Assembly: GCA_035250975.1 (NCBI GenBank)
Contig: DATFEP010000011.1
Span: 1-15,824 of the forward strand
Reading direction: 5' to 3'
From: Nitrososphaeraceae archaeon
GTDB lineage: Archaea; Thermoproteota; Nitrososphaeria; Nitrososphaerales; Nitrososphaeraceae
Length of the DNA: 15,824 nt
The notes below the pieces were generated by a model. It was not told the DNA's origin and ran no database searches. It worked only from the letters and a program-made list of their open reading frames with translations. Of this stretch, positions 7,353 through 15,128 are shown one piece after another. The first letter of the stretch is position 1. Each line of letters begins with the position of its first letter. The translations under genes were made by a program, and so were the position numbers.

Positions 7353-8686
7353 CTAAAATATCTCCTTGCTCTCCATCCCATCATCGATTTTGTAAATTTA
7401 AATGTCTCCAAACCAGGTACAATTGCCCTAACCACAGGAACTTTTATCTTGTTATTAGTAAGATCTATTATTATGGCCTTGTTAAGGCCAACTCTCTTTA
7501 ATTTAGATATTATTAAATTTATATCATCAAGAATATCATCATTTTGATGTGTAATAATTTTAGAAAACCTAACAACGTCTTTAGATGGCATAAACTGCCA
7601 TGAGGATTTATCATCTGAATTATTTTCACCGTACTTTATTTTTCTTAAATCATCCCTTGCTCCTTGTATATTTGCTGCCCTAGTTTGAGATACCTCTGTA
7701 ATAGCTCGCAATAGAGCTATTCTTTTATCAGGATGAGTCCCATGTCCCTCAGCCAAATATCCATAGTTATCAGATACCCATTCCACACAGGCTACATTGA
7801 AGGTTGGAATTTCCAGATCTGATGTTACATTTTTCGTGATTAGACGAATATCATGTTTTTTGAATCTTTGTACAAGGTTCATTATTGGCTGAAAATGAAC
7901 ATCAGAAATATCAACATCTGGAAAGATCCTATAGTCATCAAAGAAATCATTTTTTGAAATTATTTTAACATCGAATCCATTATTTCTTAAAGTATTGGAA
8001 AGATTATATAATAGATGAAATGGAATAGCGCTGCATCTTAGTTCTGCTAGACTAACGGCATCTCTTTCAATTACCTCACACAATGAATGACAAACAGCTT
8101 CTTCAAATACGTTACCTGAAGCTAATCCGTTCGTATGGTGGAAGGCAAAGGGATTGACAGCTGGGTATGAAGGGCTATATCTAAATAATGCCAAAGAAGA
8201 AGGGACTAATACATTCTCTCTATTAATTATATCAAATCCTTCAACATAATCCATCACCATAGTATCTTGAAAATCGTATGATAGTGGTTCTACTAATTCC
8301 TCAGGATGTAAAATATTATACCTATGGGATAATTCTTTAAATGTTCCGCGAAACATTTTTTTTGTAAAGGAACTTGGTAACGATGAATACCTTTCAATAC
8401 TTTCCATTATTGCACTTGCTTTAGCATGAGCTTTAGTTGGACCTTTGCCACTATAGACCCAAATATAATCTTCAGTTCCAGGTAGAACAGATGAATAATT
8501 GGGTATATATAATTTATCCATGTATGTGATATCTGCTAATCTAGTGAGACCGATTTCTTTAGATAGATGGGAGACCTGCTGGAGCGTTTTTTCTACAGGA
8601 ATCGTTCTCGATGTTCCGTTTACGGTCCATTTTTTTTGACTCTTTAGATCCAATTTGAGAAAACTATCTTCGTAAGTTCTTATCAA
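7349..8686 (-). CDS. ycaO: YcaO-family ATP-dependent amide-activating enzyme, thioamide-forming (TfuA-associated) type
   Basis: GLTRLADIT.MD, SGKG...AKASAIMESIERYS, TNGLASGN..EA..H.L.EVIERDA, G.G.HPD..IAL.RAITEVSQTR...IQGARDD, VPVVRAIVPGLE. No C-terminal PxP motif of azoline-forming YcaOs. TTG start. Confidence 0.96.
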   Translation of the reverse strand: MIRTYEDSFLKLDLKSQKKWTVNGTSRTIPVEKTLQQVSHLSKEIGLTRLADITYMDKLYIPNYSSVLPGTEDYIWVYSGKGPTKAHAKASAIMESIERYSSLPSSFTKKMFRGTFKELSHRYNILHPEELVEPLSYDFQDTMVMDYVEGFDIINRENVLVPSSLALFRYSPSYPAVNPFAFHHTNGLASGNVFEEAVCHSLCEVIERDAVSLAELRCSAIPFHLLYNLSNTLRNNGFDVKIISKNDFFDDYRIFPDVDISDVHFQPIMNLVQRFKKHDIRLITKNVTSDLEIPTFNVACVEWVSDNYGYLAEGHGTHPDKRIALLRAITEVSQTRAANIQGARDDLRKIKYGENNSDDKSSWQFMPSKDVVRFSKIITHQNDDILDDINLIISKLKRVGLNKAIIIDLTNNKIKVPVVRAIVPGLETFKFTKSMMGWRARRYFR

Positions 8687-8707
8687 GCTTACGAATTATG
8701 CATTAAG

Positions 8708-8717
8708 AATATATATT
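8708..8717. promoter_or_regulatory. Palindromic TATA-like element shared by divergent ycaO and the 58-aa ORF
   Basis: AATATATATT is a perfect palindrome centred at 8712.5, ~26 bp from the ycaO TTG (8686) and ~27 bp from the small-ORF TTG (8740). This matches archaeal TATA spacing for leaderless mRNAs in both directions. Confidence 0.6.
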
Positions 8718-8739
8718 ACATGCAGCAAATTAAGATAGT

Positions 8740-8916
8740 TTGAGCTCTCGTCAGAAAGAAGCAGAAATAATTAGTGAGATTCTGCTGAAGGCTGCTAGTG
8801 AACCGGAGTTTCGAAATGTTCTTATCAAAGATTCTTCTTCAGTTCTAGAAAAATATGATATTTCGAATGAGGCAAAATACATAATTAAAAAGAGTATCAT
8901 AGATCTAACACAATAA
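8740..8916 (+). CDS. 58-aa NHLP/Os1348-like (RiPP-leader-like) small protein
   Basis: TTG start (in-frame TAA at 8731) gives MSSRQKEAEIISEILLKAASEPEFRNVLIKDSSSVLEKYDISNEAKYIIKKSIIDLTQ*, ending in three consecutive TAA codons. The segment ILLKAASEPEFR..LIKD...VLEKYDIS matches the KA..DP.FR..L..DP...L..Y.LS pattern of nitrile-hydratase-leader-like peptides. Not in the ORF track. Confidence 0.78.
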   Translation: MSSRQKEAEIISEILLKAASEPEFRNVLIKDSSSVLEKYDISNEAKYIIKKSIIDLTQ

Positions 8917-9803
8917 TAATAAAAGGTTGAAGAAAGCTTTGTTCTAAAGATTGGACTTTTAATTATCTCTAAAAATAAATAACATAAAATTGATTTATGA
9001 AGGCAAGATGAGGTAATTAGTTAGATAAATATGAACACATCATGAGTGTACCCCGCCTCTGACTCACAACTATTCACAGATAGCCTTACACACTTGGTGT
9101 AATCCTCCTAGCGTTTTTTAAACGGGGTTGACTTTAAGACGTATCGACGAATATATGAATCATTGTTATTTCTTCCTAATTCAACCATATGCTTAAAAGG
9201 CACTAAAGGTTATAATTAGAAGTATAAAATAATTATTAAAGATATTGGAAATTATTTTGGAGAATATTTTTTCCTTTTATAAAACAAGAAATAACATTGA
9301 AATTATAAAATTCTTAAACAGTTAAAACAAATGTAAAAAATAATTATTAAAACCCTTTACATTATTTGTCCGATATATCCATAACATTGAAAACGACTAA
9401 AACCCATCATAAAAGAATCTTATATTTTTGGCACGTTTGCGGGCATCAAAAGAAAGATGACAAATATGCAAAACACCTATATCAAACATGTGCAATGTAC
9501 TAACCGGCATATTCAAGTGATCTCAATAGACATCTTTTGAGCGATTCTGAGATTATTTTCATAAGTAAAAATGTCAATTATATTGTCAAGAAGAATACTG
9601 GCGACAGGACAAATACAATATACTTTTTAACTATTAACCTACACTTGAATCCCTAAAAGATCAACTAGTTTGTGTTATACAACGAAATATTATATGCACA
9701 CGTGACAAACTATCTTTTTAGGTCTTTGAATTATTGTTAGGCAGTATAACCATTATCTGTAACCAAATTAAGCGATAAGTTTCCGGTGCAAGGATCTTGT
9801 AAT

Positions 9804-11462
9804 TTAAAGTTTTAAAAAATCGCTTAGAACAATTTCAAATGCTGATACAGGTACTCTGATATTGAATTCACTTATTACCTTTGGAGAAACTTCTCCAATA
9901 ACTCCTATGAGACTATCTTTTATGTAAATATTTGCAGATCTTCCAGTAATAAAAAATTCATTTTCATATGATTTTGTACATATTTCCTCGCCAAAATTAA
10001 TTTTGATAATAGATCTTAACAAAGATCTAGTTTCGGTAAAACCGATATTGTTGGAGGACATAACAACACCAAGACACCATTTTTCTGCTATTTCCTTATT
10101 GATACTAAACACTTTTCCTATCTCGAATATTTTTTGTGGGTATTCTTCATGAATATTGTGTGACAAGTTATTCATAAGTGAGGGTATAATACTCGTTCTT
10201 AAAAATTCATGTTCAGAACTTTTACTTTCATTAACTTTCAATGAAAGGTGATTTATTGGCTTTGGTTTTATCGTATTATTACTCTTTTGATCGACTAAAC
10301 TAAAATTTACAACTTCAAGCAAACCAAATCCAATGATAGTTTTTCTTAATTCATTAAAAAATTCCATAAGCGGATTCTTTATTCCAGAGACAATTTTAAA
10401 TGAAGGCACACTTGGTTCCAAATTATAAATACCATAACCTAAAGCCACTTCTTCTACAACATCTATAGTATTAGTAATATCACTCCTATAATGAGGTATA
10501 ACACACTTTATATCATTACCTTTGATTTTCGATGCATCTAGTCTAACCTTTTTTAATGATTTTATTATTTCATTAGATGAAAGTTTTAACCCTAAAAGAT
10601 TATTTATGTAGTCTTTTTTAACAACCATAGATTCATTGCATAATTTCTTTAAAGGAAAGAAACTATCACTATTATTTTTGTATACTGACCCAGACACAAT
10701 TTCAAACCCTTCATCCAAAAAATAATGAGATAGAATGGACAAGACATCTAATGCAATTTCAGAATCCGTAGCAGTAACTTCTAATAATAAATTTTTACTT
10801 TGTTTTGTAATCTTCGTGGCATCACTATTTATTATTGGTGGAAAAGATACAATCATATTATTATTATCGAAAACAACAGGATATTTTGTAAATGATTCAA
10901 CTAGGTGCTTGTATTTTTGTCCTACTGTCAATTTATTCAATATTTCGTTGAAATCATATTTTTCAGACTGATCAAGCGGAACAAATTCTATATCAGGAGT
11001 CACAGCAGAATATCTCAAAGGAAATTCCATCTTATCTAGATCATGAATTCCTATACTTGCCTTCTTTCTTCCCCTTGCGATACCATTATGCAGATCTTCT
11101 TGCATGGAAATAATTTGTTCAAGTGAATCTGGAGTAAGTTTTTTGTTCTTTGCAATAAAAAAAAAGATGATTGGTCTTATCTTTTTAACTGAATTCTCTA
11201 CAATAATTCTATACTGTGGATCGGTTGAATATCTGAATTTTGGTATACCAAGTTCTTGACCTACCAAACCGTTTAACGCTCTAAAAATTCCAATATCACT
11301 TGAAAAATCGGGTCTGTTAGGATTATATTCAACTCTCACGATATTTTCATCAATACTTTCTATATCAAGCCCCAAAAATGGAAGTTGTTCTAGTATTTGT
11401 TGTAATAAATAATCAGGAAAGGATGATTTTATTCTAGACTTCTTTATCCTAACAACAGGCAT
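9804..11462 (-). CDS. pheT: Phenylalanine--tRNA ligase beta subunit (archaeal type)
   Basis: MPVV, EYNPNRPD, QEDLH..I.R.RKKASIGIHDLD, SFPPIINS, P.YRSDI....DVVEEVA.GYG, LRTSIIPSL, YPQKIFEIG. Confidence 0.96.
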   Translation of the reverse strand: MPVVRIKKSRIKSSFPDYLLQQILEQLPFLGLDIESIDENIVRVEYNPNRPDFSSDIGIFRALNGLVGQELGIPKFRYSTDPQYRIIVENSVKKIRPIIFFFIAKNKKLTPDSLEQIISMQEDLHNGIARGRKKASIGIHDLDKMEFPLRYSAVTPDIEFVPLDQSEKYDFNEILNKLTVGQKYKHLVESFTKYPVVFDNNNMIVSFPPIINSDATKITKQSKNLLLEVTATDSEIALDVLSILSHYFLDEGFEIVSGSVYKNNSDSFFPLKKLCNESMVVKKDYINNLLGLKLSSNEIIKSLKKVRLDASKIKGNDIKCVIPHYRSDITNTIDVVEEVALGYGIYNLEPSVPSFKIVSGIKNPLMEFFNELRKTIIGFGLLEVVNFSLVDQKSNNTIKPKPINHLSLKVNESKSSEHEFLRTSIIPSLMNNLSHNIHEEYPQKIFEIGKVFSINKEIAEKWCLGVVMSSNNIGFTETRSLLRSIIKINFGEEICTKSYENEFFITGRSANIYIKDSLIGVIGEVSPKVISEFNIRVPVSAFEIVLSDFLKL

Positions 11463-12997
11463 TTTTCTATACCTCTGAGCCAGCCAAGATTATTATTGTA
11501 TAAATCTCGAACATCAGATATATCGTATCTAAGCATTGCTATTCTTTCTATTCCTCCACCCCATGCAAGTACTGGATTTTTTATTCCTAAAGGACCTACT
11601 ACTTCTGGGCGGAATATCCCCATTCCGAAAAGTTCAATCCACTTACCTAGCCTTTGATTGTATATCATTGACTGCAACGAAGGTTCTGTATAAGGAAAAA
11701 AAGTAGGCCAAAACTTTACCTTTTTGATTCCAATTTTTTTGTAGAATTCGATCTGTATGCCCATCAGGTCTCTTAGTGTAATGTTTTTATCGGTAACTAC
11801 ACCTTCTATTTGATTAAATTCAACTAGATGTTTATACGAAACTTTTTCATTTCTAAATACCCTTCCTATAGTAAATATTTTGGTCGCTTCTGTAATATTA
11901 TCTGACAAATACTTGAGAGTTACAGGAGTAGTATGTGTCCTCAATACTAATTTTTTTGCTTGATTTCTATCCCATTTATAATGCCAACCATGTAAATGAG
12001 ATTTGGCAACATTTTGAATTACTTTGTTGGTAGATAGTTCAATGGTTGTTTGATCATTGATGTAAAATGTATCTTGCATATCTCGCGCGGCATGATCCTG
12101 CGGTGTAAATAATGCATCGAAATTCCAAAAACATGATTGCACATAATTGCCTTCTATTTCCGTAAATCCTAGACTTACAAATGCTTCTCGGATCTCTTCA
12201 ATAAGATCTGTAAGAGGATTAGTTCTTCCTGGAAACAATAATGGAGTATTAGCTTCAACATCGATTTCACGAAATTTGACGCTTTTCCATTTACCTGAAA
12301 CAATCATGTCAGATGTCAAGGCTTGAACATTGCTTTCATATTGTTGAAGGGCCATGTTTTCTTCTACATTGAAAAGTAAAGATTTAATTTTATTACCCTC
12401 TTCCGTCAAGGAAACTAGTTCTTCATTCTTCTTTAATAAAATTAAATCAGGTCTTTTCCTTAGTAACTGGAGGATTCCTATCTCATCTTTAGATAATTGT
12501 GATTGCTTTATATTATTTCCATTATCTTTTATTTTTTTTAATAAGATCTCCTCTCCGCTATTATATTTAGAATCATCAAGAATAGACAACATCATAGCAT
12601 TTTTTTTATCATGACCAATTTCAATCCATTTATTCATCTTTGATTTTGATATTGCTATATTTACCTCATTAACGGTCACTTTTCCGGTTTTTAATATTTG
12701 AGGAATTGTTGAATTTCCATTTTTTATTGCTTCTACTAATCTTCTTTCAGGAAGGCCGTTTTCAATTGATTGTTTTCCGGTTTCACCTAGTGAAATTCTT
12801 ACATCACCTGAATTTTGAAAAATAATCAAATTTTTAAATTTTAACCACTCTAATCCCCTTCTAATTTGGTCAACATGTAGATTTGTCAATCGTTTTAGTG
12901 AATTTATTGATATACTTTCTTTGGCTTTTAATGAATTTAATATTTTTTTTTCTATTGGATGTAAGATATTTAAATTAGCACCTTTAAATTCGCTCAA
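11444..12997 (-). CDS. pheS: Phenylalanine--tRNA ligase alpha subunit (archaeal type with N-terminal extension)
   Basis: GLPERRL, FWNFDALFTPQDHAARDMQDTFY, LRTHTT, RVFRNE...KHLVEFNQIEG, FFPYTEPS, GMGIFRPE, GGGIERIAM. Overlaps pheT by 19 bp. Confidence 0.97.
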   Translation of the reverse strand: MSEFKGANLNILHPIEKKILNSLKAKESISINSLKRLTNLHVDQIRRGLEWLKFKNLIIFQNSGDVRISLGETGKQSIENGLPERRLVEAIKNGNSTIPQILKTGKVTVNEVNIAISKSKMNKWIEIGHDKKNAMMLSILDDSKYNSGEEILLKKIKDNGNNIKQSQLSKDEIGILQLLRKRPDLILLKKNEELVSLTEEGNKIKSLLFNVEENMALQQYESNVQALTSDMIVSGKWKSVKFREIDVEANTPLLFPGRTNPLTDLIEEIREAFVSLGFTEIEGNYVQSCFWNFDALFTPQDHAARDMQDTFYINDQTTIELSTNKVIQNVAKSHLHGWHYKWDRNQAKKLVLRTHTTPVTLKYLSDNITEATKIFTIGRVFRNEKVSYKHLVEFNQIEGVVTDKNITLRDLMGIQIEFYKKIGIKKVKFWPTFFPYTEPSLQSMIYNQRLGKWIELFGMGIFRPEVVGPLGIKNPVLAWGGGIERIAMLRYDISDVRDLYNNNLGWLRGIEKCLLLG

Positions 12998-13019
12998 ATA
13001 GTCAAAATTAAAAATATTT

Positions 13020-13038
13020 TTTAAACGTTTAAACGTTT
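13020..13038. promoter_or_regulatory. Divergent pheS/trpS promoter with two TTTAAA boxes and a 16-bp palindrome
   Basis: AAACGTTTAAACGTTT (13023-13038) is a perfect palindrome. TTTAAA at 13020-13025 and 13028-13033 lie ~25-30 bp from the pheS and trpS starts respectively. Confidence 0.5.
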
Positions 13039-13059
13039 GTAATTTATCTTAATAAAAAA

Positions 13060-14271
13060 ATGGAGAGTCAAAATAACAAAAATGGCAATAAAGATAATTC
13101 TGTTAATAAATATAATAACAATAATAACACTTTTGAGGACAACAGCAACTTAGCTAATGATATTTTTGTCACTCCTTGGGAAGTACATGGGAAGCTTGCA
13201 GAAGAAAACTATGCCAAACTAATGGAAAAATTTGGGACTCAAGCAATATCTACGGAATTATTAGAAAAGATTAAAAAAATCGCTGGTGAAATTCATCCTC
13301 TAATTAAATTTCATTATTTTTTCTCACATAGAGATTTTGATTGGCTATTAAATAAATATGAAAACGGAGAGCCTTTTTATTTGTATACAGGAAGGGGACC
13401 ATCTGGACTTGTTCATATGGGACATATTCTACCGTGGATATTTACTAGATATATGCAAGATAAATTCAAGTCAAAATTACTTTTTCAAATAACAGATGAC
13501 GAAAAGTTTCTATATAATCCTGATCTTGACAGGGACAAAATTGCAGAATATACATATGAAAATATTTTAGACGTAATAGCAATAGGGTTTAAACCTGAGC
13601 TAACGAAAATAATAGTGGATACTAAACACATAAAACATCTATATCCAATAGCTACAGAAATTGCAAAAAAAATAACTTTTTCCACTGCCAAAGCCGTATT
13701 CGGATTTACGACCACGACAAATATTGGAATGATAGGCTTCCCTCCCATTCAGGCAGCTCCTTGCTTTCTTCCATCAATAATAGAAAAAAAACCAACGCCC
13801 GTCTTGATCCCTGCTGCTATAGATCAAGACCCATATTGGAGAATTACAAGGGATGTAGCAGAAAAACTTGGATTTTATAAACCTGCCCAAATACACAGTA
13901 AATTCTTACCAGCTTTATCAAATTCATCAAAAATGTCTTCATCTAAACCAGAAACTGCTATTTTTACAACTGATGAACCAGAAATAGTAGAAAAAAAAGT
14001 ATTATCTTCATATACAGGTGGTCAGCCAACAATAGAACTTCAAAAAAAATTAGGCGCAAATGCCAATATATGTCCTGTTTTTTGGTACTTAAAATATTTT
14101 TTTGATTCTGAAAAGGCGTCAACCGAGAGATATTATAGATGCAAGAGTGGAAATTTATTGTGTGGAGAATGCAAAAACCAACTGGCGGAAAAATCAAAGG
14201 AATTCATAATTGAATTTAAAAAAAGAAGAGAAAAAGCTCGAGACAAGATAGCTGATTTTATGTTCGAATGA
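13060..14271 (+). CDS. trpS: Tryptophan--tRNA ligase (archaeal/eukaryotic type)
   Basis: VTPWEV, FFSHRD, YLYTGRGPS..HMGH (HIGH motif), QITDDEKFL, IPAAIDQDPYWR, KMSSS, TGGQ.T. Confidence 0.97.
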   Translation: MESQNNKNGNKDNSVNKYNNNNNTFEDNSNLANDIFVTPWEVHGKLAEENYAKLMEKFGTQAISTELLEKIKKIAGEIHPLIKFHYFFSHRDFDWLLNKYENGEPFYLYTGRGPSGLVHMGHILPWIFTRYMQDKFKSKLLFQITDDEKFLYNPDLDRDKIAEYTYENILDVIAIGFKPELTKIIVDTKHIKHLYPIATEIAKKITFSTAKAVFGFTTTTNIGMIGFPPIQAAPCFLPSIIEKKPTPVLIPAAIDQDPYWRITRDVAEKLGFYKPAQIHSKFLPALSNSSKMSSSKPETAIFTTDEPEIVEKKVLSSYTGGQPTIELQKKLGANANICPVFWYLKYFFDSEKASTERYYRCKSGNLLCGECKNQLAEKSKEFIIEFKKRREKARDKIADFMFE

Positions 14272-14582
14272 GAATTGATAATATGAAGATAATCGAAAAG
14301 TATCTCTGTTCGGATGAATATGAGAAAGAGAAACTATGTAGACTCTTTTCAATTCAAAAGGATCAATCTATTTATATTTTGGATGTTATGGATGTTATTG
14401 AAAATGAGATAATAATTATGTTGAGAGATAGATCTTGCCATAGTGTGACTATGAAAGATAACCTTTTCGCATCAAATCTATCGAGATTAATTACAGATAT
14501 CAAGCAAAACAAAAGAAAATTTATAGAATTAATAAACTCTCCCTCTATAGAAGAAGTGGTAATAATTTCTTTGAGCAATTAA
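14268..14582 (+). CDS. Hypothetical protein (104 aa), translationally coupled to trpS
   Basis: ATGA start/stop overlap with trpS at 14268-14271 and plausible composition. Confidence 0.65.
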   Translation: MRIDNMKIIEKYLCSDEYEKEKLCRLFSIQKDQSIYILDVMDVIENEIIIMLRDRSCHSVTMKDNLFASNLSRLITDIKQNKRKFIELINSPSIEEVVIISLSN

Positions 14583-14609
14583 GAGCAATAATCTTTTTGA
14601 TATAGTAAA

Positions 14610-15071
14610 CTATTTCTCGTCGTTTGTTTCTTGTTTTCTTGCTTTTCGCTTGTTTCTTGTTTTCTTGCTTTTCGCTTGTTTCTTTATCTTTATACTTTTT
14701 AATTTAGATACATTTTTGTTAGTTGTGGATTCAACATTAATAGAAAATTTTAGCGAATCGATTAAAATTTCTTGAATTTTCCTAAAATATAATTCTGTCG
14801 AATATGGCATTAATGAAATATTTTCTTCTATAGAATCCAAAACAAAAGGAACCGCTCTTTTAGAAATATCTAATTTAAATTTCATCCATAACAAACGATC
14901 CTGTACAAAATGAATTTTATCTTTTAATTCCTGAGGAGCAGTTTCTTTTGACGATTCCTCAATTCTTTTGTACCAATAGGCCAGGGTTTCCGGTTCTAAT
15001 CCTGATCTGAGACCTTGAATATATTCGTCAATTTTGGACGAAGCAAAATTAACAGGATTATCGTAATGCAC
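14610..15071 (-). CDS. Hypothetical protein with Lys/Arg-rich C-terminal tail
   Basis: Globular core (GL.PETLAYWYKRIE...QDRLLWMKFKLDISKRAVP...MPYSTELYFRK) followed by a basic low-complexity tail. Same strand as and downstream of coaD. Confidence 0.8.
   Translation of the reverse strand: MHYDNPVNFASSKIDEYIQGLRSGLEPETLAYWYKRIEESSKETAPQELKDKIHFVQDRLLWMKFKLDISKRAVPFVLDSIEENISLMPYSTELYFRKIQEILIDSLKFSINVESTTNKNVSKLKSIKIKKQAKSKKTRNKRKARKQETNDEK
14624..14684 (+). repeat. 26-bp tandem repeat (2 perfect copies plus 9 bp)
   Basis: TTGTTTCTTGTTTTCTTGCTTTTCGC at 14624-14649 and 14650-14675, partial copy at 14676-14684. Confidence 0.9.
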
Positions 15072-15128
15072 TAATTTGAATAAAATGCAGTATGGATATA
15101 ATTGGATTGATTAAGAAAATTTGGCTTT

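Noticed and set aside
9052-9059. CCCGCCTC shared with the IS right inverted repeat (6203-6210), suggesting a composite transposon around ycaO-tfuA
   Set aside because: Only 8 bp match and the flanks do not align, so it cannot be distinguished from chance.
8917-9803. Search for a separate RiPP core or precursor ORF (e.g. the short TTG ORF near 9387-9503, ...FWHVCGHQKKDDK...TCAMY)
   Set aside because: Only short ORFs without leader or core features were found. They may be a decayed gene, but I cannot support a call.
2389-14578. Other overlapping ORFs (2389-2691, 4559-4882, 5734-5922, 10735-10971, 12354-12614, 13485-13748, 13964-14197, 14372-14578)
   Set aside because: All lie antisense to better-supported genes or the transposase remnant and have shadow-like composition.
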